Shown in pieces: positions 23,315-36,000 of a stretch of 64,000 bases of DNA (the first letter of the stretch is position 1; every line of letters starts with the position of its first letter). The notes under the pieces were generated by a model that was not told where the DNA came from, ran no database searches, and saw only the letters and a program-made list of their open reading frames with translations. Source of the stretch: Gnetum montanum (Eukaryota; Plantae; Gnetophyta); assembly GCA_015680685.1 (NCBI GenBank), contig MNCI01002624.1:78038-142037 (forward strand), in the 5' to 3' direction. The position numbers and the translations under genes were made by a program.

Positions 23315-24839
23315 GGGGATACTTGGGTGGGGGACATGATGTTTCAATCCACTAGCATGCAAGAGTGATTTTGGATAATCTAGGGTTTTATGGTAGCTAT
23401 TAAACATGTATTGGGTATACTTAGTCATGGGCAAGATCATATTGAGAAAAGGTTACTTGGTATCCCAACTTAGTAGCATCCATTACATATGTACTTCATG
23501 TTGTTTAGACACATATTGCCTTGGGATGTTTCCTAAGTATGGAATGATTTGACATATATTTTAAATGCTTAATTACTCTTATACATGCAAGAGTACATTT
23601 AGAGAATCTAGGATTTCATGTTAACTATTGAACATATCTTGGTAATACCTTGTCATAGACATGATTGTACTAAAAGAGATTACTTGCTATCCCAATAATA
23701 GTTGTTACCCTAGTCCATGAATTAGGGTTTGTCCTCATTATGTCATCACATTGAAGATGTGGTGCTAAAGATGAGTCAACTATGAGCATTTCTATTTTCA
23801 TTTGGATTATTAATATTAAAAATTTTAGTATCTTTAAAAGTTCAAAATCCATCCCTAAGAAGATTAAGGATATATTGAACATTTTAAAATGTAAACTACG
23901 TTTATACCAGCTAGCAATTTCTCAAAAATTAAAATAAGAAAAACATTTTTACATTCCTAACCTAGATATATACATCTTAGGGTCTCAATTTCCATATTCT
24001 CCTAGTATACACACTAGATTTATACATTTTCATTTAAAATTGAATTATACAATATGTTTTGAAAGTGCAAATACATTAATTTACTTGTCAAATTCCAAAC
24101 CTTATGTTGAATACCAACCAATGCATTTCTCAAAAATAGAAAGCAGTTTCATCAAGTTTTGATTCTAAGATTGAGCTACATAGGTTCCACCACGTTTCAT
24201 CTACTAGGCTTCCACCAAGAGTTGCAAGTTCTTCCAAGACCTGCGAGTTAGTCTAGGAATTATGGGTTTCATATATTTCCATTAATTACTGTAGATTGCT
24301 AAGTGTGTGTTGATAAGGTTGTGTTGACGGTGTGCTTTTGAGGATCCTTTGAGAAAAATATGTGCTTTTCTATAGTTACATATTTACATCTCATTTTTTA
24401 ACATATTCATTACAAAATTACCTCCAAATTTGTACAAGGGTTTTCTTTTTGAAAGTTTTGGTTATCAATTTGTAAATTACAATTGGTTTTTCCTCATCTT
24501 CATTGTTTTCTTAGGTGATAGGATTTTAGGATTATTTCATTTCAAAAATTTATAGAAATTGGAATGTTTATTGAGGATGCCATTGATAAATTTAATATAA
24601 AAAATTGTAAGGATTTGAATTAAGGAATTTAGGTCCTGTAAAGATGCCCTAAGTAGGTGAGGATTTTTGTAGGAACTATATGGGATTCGTCTATTCACAC
24701 TTAATCTTGTTGCCACCTAAAATTTTGGTTAATTGAAGAAATCTCATTCCAAGCCTACATTTTAGTTAGCATAGTGAGAGAAACATATTGAATTAGCAAA
24801 TGAAATTTAGTTGATGTTGATATGAGAAGGGAATGAGTC

Positions 24840-26120
24840 AATGTGTTTTTGATTTTAAGGTTCATATGGACATTTTTTTCAATGTGTTTTTGATTTTATG
24901 GCTTAATTGGATTTCAAGAAATTGTCCACTCATGTTTTCAACTTCATAGAAACTAGAAAAGTGTGTATTGAAGAGAACTCATAGAAAGATCCAACATAAA
25001 TGTCCTTAGGAGCCTTTATCTCTTCTAGTTCATTCCTACCACATCCCTTGATAGTAATCCCTTTATGTCTTTCAATTCATGGCTATCACCTCCCTTGGTA
25101 GTGATCCATATTTCATGAGCCTAGAAGTTCAGTAATTGGACCTTCATACTTGCAATTAAATAGAGAAATTTGGTTTAATATCAAAATGTTATCGAAATTT
25201 CATGGATTATCTTTGCATCAAACTTAGGCTGAAATGATTGAATACCTCTTCTGAAATTAGAAATTTATATTTTTATGATTCTTCAATGTTCAATGTCTTT
25301 AATGTGTTTAGGCTTATATGGATTTGAAGAAACTATCCATTCCATTTTCTTGGCCTTCATACTTGCAATTAAATGAAGCAATTTGGTATAATAGCAAGAT
25401 GTTATCAAATTTTAATGGATAATCTTTGCACCAAACTTATGCTAAAATGATTGAATACCTCTTCTCAAGCTAGAATTATATTTTGATGATTCTTTAATGT
25501 TCAATTTATTTTATGCTTTTAAGATTATATGATTTTGAAGAGATTGTCCATCCCATTTTTTTGGACCTTCATGCTTGCAATTAAATAGAGCAATTTCATT
25601 TAATATCAAGATGTCCTCAAATTTTCTTGGATCATCTTTGCATCAAATTTTGAAATGATTGAATACCTCTTCTAAAACTAGAATTATATTTTTTTTATTC
25701 TCCAATGTTCAATGTGTTTTATGTTTTAAGGCTTATAAGGATTTTAATGAACTATCCATCCCATTTTCTTAACTTCATAGCAATTAGCAAAGTGTATAAA
25801 GGGTAAAATTAATTTATTCTAATTATGATGAATTGAAATTATCAAATATTATAGGACTGATATAAATAGTTTATTGTAGAACTCATAGAAAGATTCAAGA
25901 TAAATATCCTTAGAAAATTTATCTCTTCTAATCCTTGCTTACCATATCCCATGGTAGTCATTCCTATTTCATGCACCTATGAGTTGTTCAATAATTGGAA
26001 ATTTATACATGCAATTTGGTTCAAGCAAGATGTTTTCAAAATTTCATGGATCATCTTTGCATCAAAATTATGTTGAAATTATTGAATACCTCTTCTAAAA
26101 CTAGAATTATATTTTTAAGG
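24840..26120. repeat. Degenerate tandem array, ~212-bp unit
   Basis: CCTTCAT.CTTGCAATTAAAT at 25141, 25353, 25566; GAATACCTCTTCT four times. Confidence 0.85.
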
Positions 26121-27039
26121 TTCTATAGTGTTAAATGGAGATCAAATATAATTAAAGAAACTTGGATAAGATAAATTGAATAATGATATAAATTGTGATT
26201 AGGACTAAATGAGGTTATGCAATTATGTAAATTAATTTTATATCACATTAATTAGGATTGAATATATATATTTTTTATGCTACTATTTCACATTAATTTG
26301 TTCTACTTTGTATAAATTAAACTAATCATTGATATATATGTTGTAATGCTATTATTTTAGAGTACTATTTATGCTACTATCTACCTCTACAAGAATGCCT
26401 TTGCTTGTCATTTGTATTAACATCTATAGACACAACAAGTTCACTACATGTTGGATTGTCATTATTCTACATTATATATAATGATAATTTACACATTCAT
26501 TGTTGATTTCATAGGATCTATTTATCACTATATTGTGTCATACTTACTATCATGATAATTTACATGGTACATGTAGATTTTATGGATTTTAAATTTTCTT
26601 TAAATAGTTCTTATGATATGTGTATCATTTTTCTGTTTCATATATAATATATAATCATGTTTTATTATTTTAAAATAAAATTGAATAAGAAAAAGATTGG
26701 AAAATAAGATCTACTATGTAATTAAATTGGGGAAAATATTTCTTTCTAGAAAATTTCAAAATACTTATTAATTATACTATATGAAAATTAATATCATTCA
26801 TCAAATTTAATTGGTTAAATAAATTCCTATGAGATAATTAAAGAACATTAAATTTATGATCAGTAGGAAAAATATTGAACAAATATGATTTATTCAATTT
26901 AACCCTTGAAATTATTCTAAGGATATGTTTTATGATCATCAAAATATAATCACTCTTTCCTTTTGGATACTATAAGATAATTTATCATTCAAGGGATATG
27001 CTTGATTCAGTTCATACATATAGAAAGCACATATAACAA

Positions 27040-28090
27040 GTCTAAATGAGGGTTGCTTAGCCAAGCCATCCTTAAATGTTTCATAGTAGTTGTCACAAAG
27101 TCTTGATTTCTTTGTTATATAACATAATTGTTAGTTAACAGTAATGGTATTCATGTCATACAAATCACTGAATAGGTCTAAATGAGGGTTGCTTAGTTGA
27201 GTCACCCTTAAATGTTCTATAGTATTTCTTACCAAGGCTCACTTTCCTGATCATATAACATAATTTTTAGTCAATAGTAATAAATTTAAGTCATATCATA
27301 GAGGCCAAATAATAGGTCTAAATGAGGATTTCTTGGCCAAGCCACTTTTAAGTTTTTCATAGTATTTCTTACCAAGGCTCACTTTCTTTGTTATATAACA
27401 AAATTCTCACTCAATAGTAATGGTATTCATGTCAAAGAGGTCACATAATAGGTCTAAATGAGGGTTTCTTAGCTGAGAAAATCTTAAATTTTCAACCATA
27501 TTTATCACTAAGTCTCTATTTTCTTCTCATTTAGCATAATTTTTAATCAATAGGAATTATATTCATGTCATAGAGACCATAGAGTTAGTCTAAATGAGGA
27601 TAGATGGGGCATGTCATGCTTAACATTTTCACTGAATTTCTTACTAAGGCTCATATTCCTTGTCATATAACACAATTCTTAGTTAATATTAATGGTATTA
27701 AATTCATAGAGATCACATAACTAATCTTAATAAGGGTTTCTTAGCTAATCCATCCTTCAATTTCTATTTGAAGTTCACTTCATGGCATTAAATGAGGATT
27801 GCTCAACCAAGTCACACTTCAATTTTCTTATTAATTTGACTCCATGGCTCTTGGTATTTGTTATTTGACAATAATGTGAATCTATAATAATTTTAGTCAT
27901 GTTTTAGCAATCACATAACTCATCTAAATGGTGATTGCTTAGTTGAGACACCCTTTAATTTTCCTAGGAATTAATATCCAAGTCTCAATTTTCTTGTTAA
28001 CTTAATTTCTAGTCTATAGTAATGCTATTGATGTGATAAAGAACATATAGCTATTATTAATGAGGATTGCTCAGTTGAGAAACCCAAGAA
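27040..28090. repeat. Degenerate tandem array, ~137-bp unit
   Basis: GTCTAAATGAGG at ~27040, 27176, 27316, 27452, 27588, with more diverged copies after. Confidence 0.85.
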
Positions 28091-28488
28091 TTTTACTCTT
28101 AATTTATATCCTTGGTTTTACTTCATTGTAGATCTTTGATGAATAACCATGTCCTTATGGAATTCCATACTTTGAAAGATGAAACACTTGCTTTCTATAT
28201 GTATTATTATGTAGATTTCTCATCTATGCATGTCAATTTTTAGAGGTTATTGAGGAAACATCATGTCCTTACAAGATGACATATTGTTAAATAAGAAACA
28301 ATTCTATTACCTTGGATTCTTGTAACCTCATCTTCCTATTTGTATTGTTTTGTAGATTGCTTGTCCACTTATGTTACTCATTTATTGGTAATTGTGGAAC
28401 CATCATGTCCTTACAAGATGTCATATTGTGAGATATGAAACATTGATTTCTATTATCTGGGTTTCTTGTAAATGCATGTTTCTATACA

Positions 28489-29876
28489 TGAAACACCAAT
28501 AAGAAAACACATGTTGTAACATGTAACCTTCACCATCCAACTTGAGGCAAGATTTCATTGCAAATGTAAGATTTGTAGCCCATGAACTACAATATTGCAT
28601 ACTTTAACTTTTTGAGGCTAAAAAATACCTCATAAGTTGCTACTACCTTCCAAGTAGAAAAAGCAATGTTATGTTTATATAAGGACTCAGAAAGGCTAAA
28701 AATGCCTTGGGGAATACCAAATTTGGCATTTTCATGGGTTTTTTTAGGGGTATACCCTCAAGTACACTAAAATCATCTACCCCCAATGTAGATGGTATTG
28801 GGTTTTCATTTTCCAACAAAACCTAGTGTAGTCACCACAAATGCCCAATGTAGCTACACACATCTAGTGTTGGAGTTGTTGGGTTTTCCATTTTCCTAGC
28901 AAATTCCTAGCATAGTTTTTACAATTTCTAATGGTGGTAGCATGGCCAACATAGTCATCATGGATTTCTAGTAGCTGTAGTATGGCTAGCATAGTCACCA
29001 CATTTTCAATAGATTTCAACAAATGCTAGTGTAGTTGAGGTGAAGTCCAGCATAGTAACAAAAGTTCATTTATTATTTTTTAGTATGCATATGGGTTTTG
29101 ATGGTCTTGATGCATCAAAACTTGTCATAAATGATCAACTATGCTAGAAGTCATAGCTATTACATTTGCAAATAAATGTTAATATGTCAGTAATCATGGC
29201 ATAAATTTGCAGCCTTACATAAACAACCTAAAGCCTATAAAAGCCAAACTCAAACACATTATTTAGGTTCCAAAATTTTTTATTTTGAACATTTTTTAGT
29301 AGTTCCAAATTCTTGTAATTAATAGCCTTCTTACAATCCTAAGAGCTTGAATTCCATTTGGCATCTATGCTAAGTATTACAGACCCTTAGTGTAACATCA
29401 TTGGAATGAAAGCTTGTACCACTGTTTACATCAGTAGTAGCCAAAGTTGTAGATTTGAATGGAAACCAACAAGGATTTATAAGAGATTGGACTTGGGAAG
29501 TACCTGGATTATGAAGTTTGACATCAAAATAAAACTTGCCAACTCCAACAGGCTTGAAGCTCCATAAAAACAAGCTTCTTGTGGATTTAAGCACATAATC
29601 TATAATTTTTTGAACTCCAAAATTTAAGCATTTTTTCTATTTTAATAAATTTTTCCAATTTTTTTTGTTCAAATTTTATTCCAAGTTTAATTCTATGTTT
29701 ATTTTCTTTCGAATTTGCAATTTTTTCTTATTTACACTTTTTAAGTTCTTGGATGATTGACAAGACCATCTAGGGTACCTTAGATCCTATGTTTTAGAGG
29801 TCCTTGGGGTCCAAGGTTAGGCTATCATACTTGGGATTTGTCATTTTTCCAGCAATGAAATTTTCTAGGTACTACC
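28489..29876 (+). mobile_element. Solo LTR (~1.39 kb) of the Tat-like family
   Basis: Homologous over its length to 33066-34467. Starts TGAAACACC, ends GGTACTACC, and is flanked by 5-bp ATACA on both sides (28484-28488, 29877-29881). Host repeat sequence resumes afterwards. Confidence 0.8.
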
Positions 29877-30050
29877 ATACACATTATTCAATAGGTTGCT
29901 CATCTAACCATGATACTTATTTAGAGGTGAATGAAAAACAATCATCTCCTAACAGAATTCCATAATGTGAGAGGAAAAACACTAGCTTTTTATCTGTATT
30001 ATTTAGTAAGTTTCTTGTCTTTGCATGTTATATTTTTAGAGGTTACTAGG

Positions 30051-33000
30051 TGATGAGCAATGGATATCCCCTATGCCCAACCATATGAATCAAAAATATG
30101 TACTAGCAATCTGGTTGAATTCTGTAGACTTAGTTCCTAAGTTTGGTCATAGTTCTAGACATTGAGTTAAGAAAGTGTATGATCATTATCTTCTAAACTC
30201 ACACTTGTATTTTTTATATGTATGATTAAATATAAGTTAAGGATTATGATGCCTATTTTTGTAAGCATTTTATGTATATTTATTTATCCTAAGGACTAGG
30301 TTAATAAATGAAAGTTTAATGATTAATTATCTAACTATTTAGTTACTCTAGTGACTAACTATCCTAACATAAGTAGCCATTCCCATCTACTATACACATC
30401 ATGAACCAATATCAATGCTACTGGGTTAGCAAGTGATGATTACTAGGTGTACCAAATGGCCACTACTGAGATTACCAAGTGTAATAGGTTATGTTCGAAG
30501 TGGTCATACTTATATTTTTATGATTAAGTATTTTGGCTAATTAAAACCATAAAAGTAAAGTGCATTAAAAGAAAAGTGTAAGTAAGAAAGATTAAACTAA
30601 TCTAAGTGCTACAATGGATATAAGAAATTTTTTCTTTATTGTCATTCACGCCAATGTGTTTAGGTACACAATGTTTAAATAAAGATCCATACAATCTCTT
30701 TAATTCATACTACGAGCACTTGTAGAGGAAATATTTTAACTCTATAGAAATCAAACTGCAAGAGCTTTGCTATGCCATGGACCTAAGATGCTATAAATGT
30801 AGTTGATGCATGCATTTATATAGGCTTCACTTACATCAGCTTTGATGCATCTATGTTAATGCATATCATCATGTAGCAATGGGGCTACATCAGTGCATGC
30901 CTTTTGTTGTAGCCTATTTATGATGACTCATCATACCCCCATGACTAAGTGAAAACTCATCCTCGAGTGAACAAAAGTAGGATCAAGCTTCTTACAAAAT
31001 TTGGGGAAGTGTGGAATTTATTAACTTAAAAACAAACAAATGCATTAATTAACTGACTCTAAGTGCTAGATCATGCAAGATTACAAAATTTGTATCCATC
31101 ACATGAAAATTGGACACTTTAAAAAACCTTCAGTAGGTACTCTTGAGTTACCAAAGATAAGGAAAGTTCTCAAATAGTTCCTAGAGTTAAAGGCTTTAGG
31201 GTTTACCACATGGATGAGGCTAACCTGCTACTATTGCTACTGCTAGAGGAAGCTTGAAAGTATCTAGTAATGATTTCATCTTCTCCTCTTTACCACATGG
31301 ATTGTATGTAGTCCATGTAGCTTCATGAATGTGAGCTAGCACAAGGATATTTCACAAGTACGGCATCATAGGAAATAGTTCCTTGGTGTTGATGAACCAT
31401 ACTACGAATTGTTTGTGTTTAATGTCAAATATATTTACTAGGTTCAATAGGTCATGACTGTTGTTCATCTTTCTAGTCAAGTTCCTAGCAACAAATCATT
31501 GGTTAGTGAATTTGCTCTTGGAAACTTTAAGCTCGGCATTGGCTATCTCTAACTACTACTTAGTTTCTTTGTGATGCTTGAATTCTACCTTGTACAAGAG
31601 TTAGAAATTGGTCATTTATTTTTCCAATTCAGTTCTTGGCCTTTATATTGTTAGCATAGCTAAGTTTGCATACAAGAGGTTGACAAGCTCCATGTACTTC
31701 ATTATATTCTCAATTTTCAACTCCTTAAGGTAGATTTCTACTTTGTTATACATGTTTAACCCACCAAAGATGGCTTGCCACATGTCACCTATTTGCTAGA
31801 GTTGATGGAGGGCCTCGTTCATCTTTGACTTGGCCAACTTAATTTCTTTTCCATTCACCTCCTTGAGGAGCCCAAACTGTTTTCTATAATGATTCTTGAC
31901 TTATTTGAATTTTAGGACCTCACTCTTCTAGGTGGCTACCTCAATGGCTATTTTTAACAAAGTTCTTAGATTTCCTCCATCAAGAGATTCCTATTTTCTA
32001 CTATCAACCTTCTCAAATCAAGGTTCACCTTGGCTAGTTAATCCTATTTTTGATGAACAAAATTGACCATCTGGTCGTTTTGTTGTTTAACATTTCATAG
32101 GCAATGATGGTCTTTGGTGAGGACTAATTTTTCTTTATAAACCTATGGTAAATTCTTATTAGTGTTGAAGACCATGGCCTCTAACAAGAATGTGTCAAAT
32201 ACTACTAACTCCTTCACATTCTCAACCTCCCTTATTTGATGTTGAAGCTATTGGAAAGCTTCATTTTTTGTGATTTATGGATTGAGAATGGTGGGATCTA
32301 AGTGACAAGCCCACAACTCCATAACTTCAATAGCTAACTATTGATTCTCGATGGTGGTTGCCTTCAATTGTGCATTAGTAATGAGAAGTTTTTCTTTTAT
32401 CTCAAGTAACTTTAACTAGATAGCAATGATTTCATTTGGAAGATCAAAGATCTCCAGAAGTGGTTGTTGTGCTCCCACTAGTCATTCCAACACTTGTTCA
32501 TATTGGATAGTGCTTAACTGATTACTGCATGTTCCTATAGATGTTTAAATATCTATGATCATGTTAGTATCTAGCATGGATTTCGTAGAAGGATTTAGGG
32601 CCTTTGCTATGCTATTAATCATCACCTCTATTCCTGTCTCTTATCCTTGGTGTTGCATCATTAGAATAGTCATCCCCTTGCCTTCCTTCAAATAGACCAA
32701 GAAAGTTACGCTATTCTAAAAAATTTTAGGGAATTCTTATCTAGGAATGGTAATTATAGGTTCTTGAGTATAGGATTTATTCTTATGGGTGCTTGATCCT
32801 TTTGTGTTGAGAATAGAAGCATGGTTTCTTAGTCCAACTAAATAATTATGCTTGTGGCCTTATTGAGATTACTTAGGGCTAGATAGTAAACCAAAGGTTT
32901 TGCATTACCTGTTGAGCCCTATTATTTTTTTGGCAGCTACTCATGGAGTTTTTAGAATATTTTTGTAGTTGGAAGTGCCTTTGGTGTGGTTTCTTCTATA

Positions 33001-33065
33001 GGTGGTGGTAGTGATGGCCTCTCCTATTCTTGTAGCTTTGTTGCTACCTTATCCTTCTTCATCTC
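30051..33065 (-). mobile_element. 3' part of an Athila-like element: 3' LTR 30051-30933, PPT, and decayed coiled-coil accessory ORF (~31200-33065)
   Basis: LTR TGATGAG...CTCATCA. Adjacent TACCCCCATGACT..AAAACTCATCCTC is the reverse complement of the PPT region at 63265-63298. Minus frame reads EVNGKEIKLAKSKMNEALHQL*QIGDMWQAIFGGLNMYNKVEIYLKELK. Confidence 0.75.
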
Positions 33066-36000
33066 TAAAACACCACATAGAAAATGCATGTTGTAGCTTG
33101 TAATCTTCACCACCCAACTTGACATAAGAGCTTATTATAAATGTAAGGTTTGTGATCCACGAGCTACAATCTTGCGTGCCTTAACTTTTTGGAATTGAAA
33201 AGTACCTCATAAGTTGCTACGGTATCACTTCCCAAGTGGAAAAAGCAATGTCATGTCTATATATGAGCTTGGGAAGGCTAAAAATGCCTTGGGGACTACT
33301 AAATTTGACATTTTCATGGGTTTTTATAGGGGTATAGCCTCAACTACGTGGGAACCACCTACTTCTAGCATAGATGGTGTTGGGTTTTCATTATTCCAAC
33401 AAAACCCAATGTAGTCACTACAAAACCTAGTGTACCTACACACATATGATGTTGGTGGTGTTGATTTTTTCAAATTCACAACAAATTTCCAGCATAGTTA
33501 TTATAATTTGTAGTGGTGGAAGCATGGCTAGCATAGTCATCATGGATTTCCAATAGCTAAAGTATGGCCAGTGTAGTCACGACATTCTAGCATATTCCAA
33601 CAAGTGCAAGTGTTGTCTTCCAAGGCCAACGTAGTTGAGGTGAAGGATAGTGTAGGAACAAAAGTTTGTTTCCTATTTTTAGTATGTGGGTGGGTTTTGA
33701 TAACCTTGGTGTATCAAAATTTTCTATAAATGATCATCTAAGCTAGAATCATAGTTGTTATGCCTGCACATAAATACCAATCTATCAGTAATCATGGTAG
33801 AAATTTATAGCCTTAAATTAGCATCCTAAAACCTATAATAGCCAAGATTAAACATATCATTAAGTCCCAAACATTTTTGCAACTAGGAAACGTTTGCAAC
33901 CTTAAGCATTTTACATCCATTTGTAAGAATTTTAGAAATAATTGGCATCTACTTGAGTACCAAAGAATCTCAGCGTAGTTCCATTACTATCAAATTCAAA
34001 TACCATTGCTCACATCATTTCCATCCAAAGTTGTAGATCTAAAAAAAATCAGCGAGAGGTTTTCAACAATTGAAGTTGGAAAGTACCTAGATCATGGAGT
34101 TTGATTGTAGAACATAACCTGTTGGCTCCAATAGGCTTCAAGCTCCATCCAAGCTAACTTCTTTTGAATCTAAGCACACAATCTATACCCCTTGAACTTT
34201 ACACTTTCATTCAATAAATTTTTCAGTTCATTTGTAGCACAGATTTAGTTTTAAGTTTAATATCGTGTTAATTTATTTTCATTTGAATCTACAATTCCAT
34301 TCCTATTTTCATTCTTATTTACATTTTCTAAGTCCCTGAGTGAGTGATTGACAAGATCATCTAGGATACCTTGGATCTTGTTTCTTAGAGATCCTTGGAA
34401 TTCAAGGTTAGGTTGTTACACCTAGGATTTTTGGTTCTTCCAATGACCAAATTTTCTAGGTACTATAGTTTCTAGCACAAGAAGGAGGGCCTCCACCCAA
34501 ATTCTTAGCCTAAAAAACTATTCCAACCTTTTGAAAAACATTTTTACAAACATTTTCAAAACCAATTGTTACACATTATAAGCTTTGAAACCTGCAAGTA
34601 TTTACAATAAAAACCAACATTGGCATCCAAATTCCGACCCATAATACCAAGCATAATTGTGGTTGGTGATTTGGATTTCAATATATTTTCATAGTAGTTG
34701 TTGGCAATATCCACATTTAAAACCTATAAATTTTGAATGTTGTAAACTGCATTAGGGTTGAGGAGCTAGTGTAGATCCAATACAAAAATCCAAATACATC
34801 TATTGATAAATTTGGTTAGATAGCTAGCATAGACACTACTAGGACTCTAATGTAGTCTTAGGAAAATCCAAAGTATTCACATCTCAACTTTTTTTTCAAA
34901 ATAATGTACACACCCTTTGAAGGAAAAATTTTCAAGTTGGTTTTACCAAGTGAAAACCCATTTTCCACCATCTACCTTAGTGTAGTTGGCTGAGAAATAC
35001 TATGATCTACTACACACTTCCTAGGGTAGATCCTACCTAACATAGTTTGTGGTACTAACTTTAGAACTATAACACTATTTTTTCTCATGTGTAGTGTATA
35101 TCATTTACATTGTAGCAATAGTTTCAACTACTTTTTCCATTTATAATCAACTACACCATTGGGATAATCCCACTTACTGAAATTTTTACTAAAAATAGTA
35201 AAAGTAATAACAACATTTCTAATAATGCCTTTTAGTAAGTCCTTAGTTTTACTTGTCAACATGACAAACATGAAACCTAGTTAGGATGGAGTGAGGATCT
35301 ATGATTTGAGAGACCCTGATGTGGCTGAATGTAGATAGTCACTTAGACAAAGAGGGAAAAGCCCAAATTTTGTTGTACTCATTAAAGAACATTACAACTA
35401 CATTTGCATTAAGATTAAGCTAGATTACTTCTTCCATGTGCAAAGGTTAAAGCCAAGACTAAGTATGAGTTGATTCATCATAATGGAAAAGAGTATACAC
35501 CCTCTCCCTATGAAAAAATCCTGCTTACCAATGCTTAGGCTTGTATACTTTCTCAATTGATTGAGATTGATGAACAAAGTGAAAAGCTCATATGAAAGGA
35601 CCAACATGAAGAATGTGATGAGTTTGAGGTGGATCCTAAATAAGATAGTTTCATAGGGGGCCTATTCCAACAATTAGTCGCTCAAATCACCATAGCCACT
35701 TTGGCCTTGCTTCTCTCTTCCATGGGACAAGCATATTAACCATCATCTCCCATATATCCCATAGTGTTTGGGACCACACTGATTATAGCAACACATCAGG
35801 CACAGTCCATGCTCTAAATTGCCTTCCTATTTTCTTTCATGTCTTTTGCCATGTAGCCTTAGTCTGCATAGTTCTCACTGGTGGTTCTTACAGTTCTCAC
35901 CCCTTCTTTGTACCATTGGGCCCCACAATGGAACCACAAGTGATCCAGGGGACACATACACCATTTGTCCACTTTGTGCCTCAATTACTAGAACAAACAT

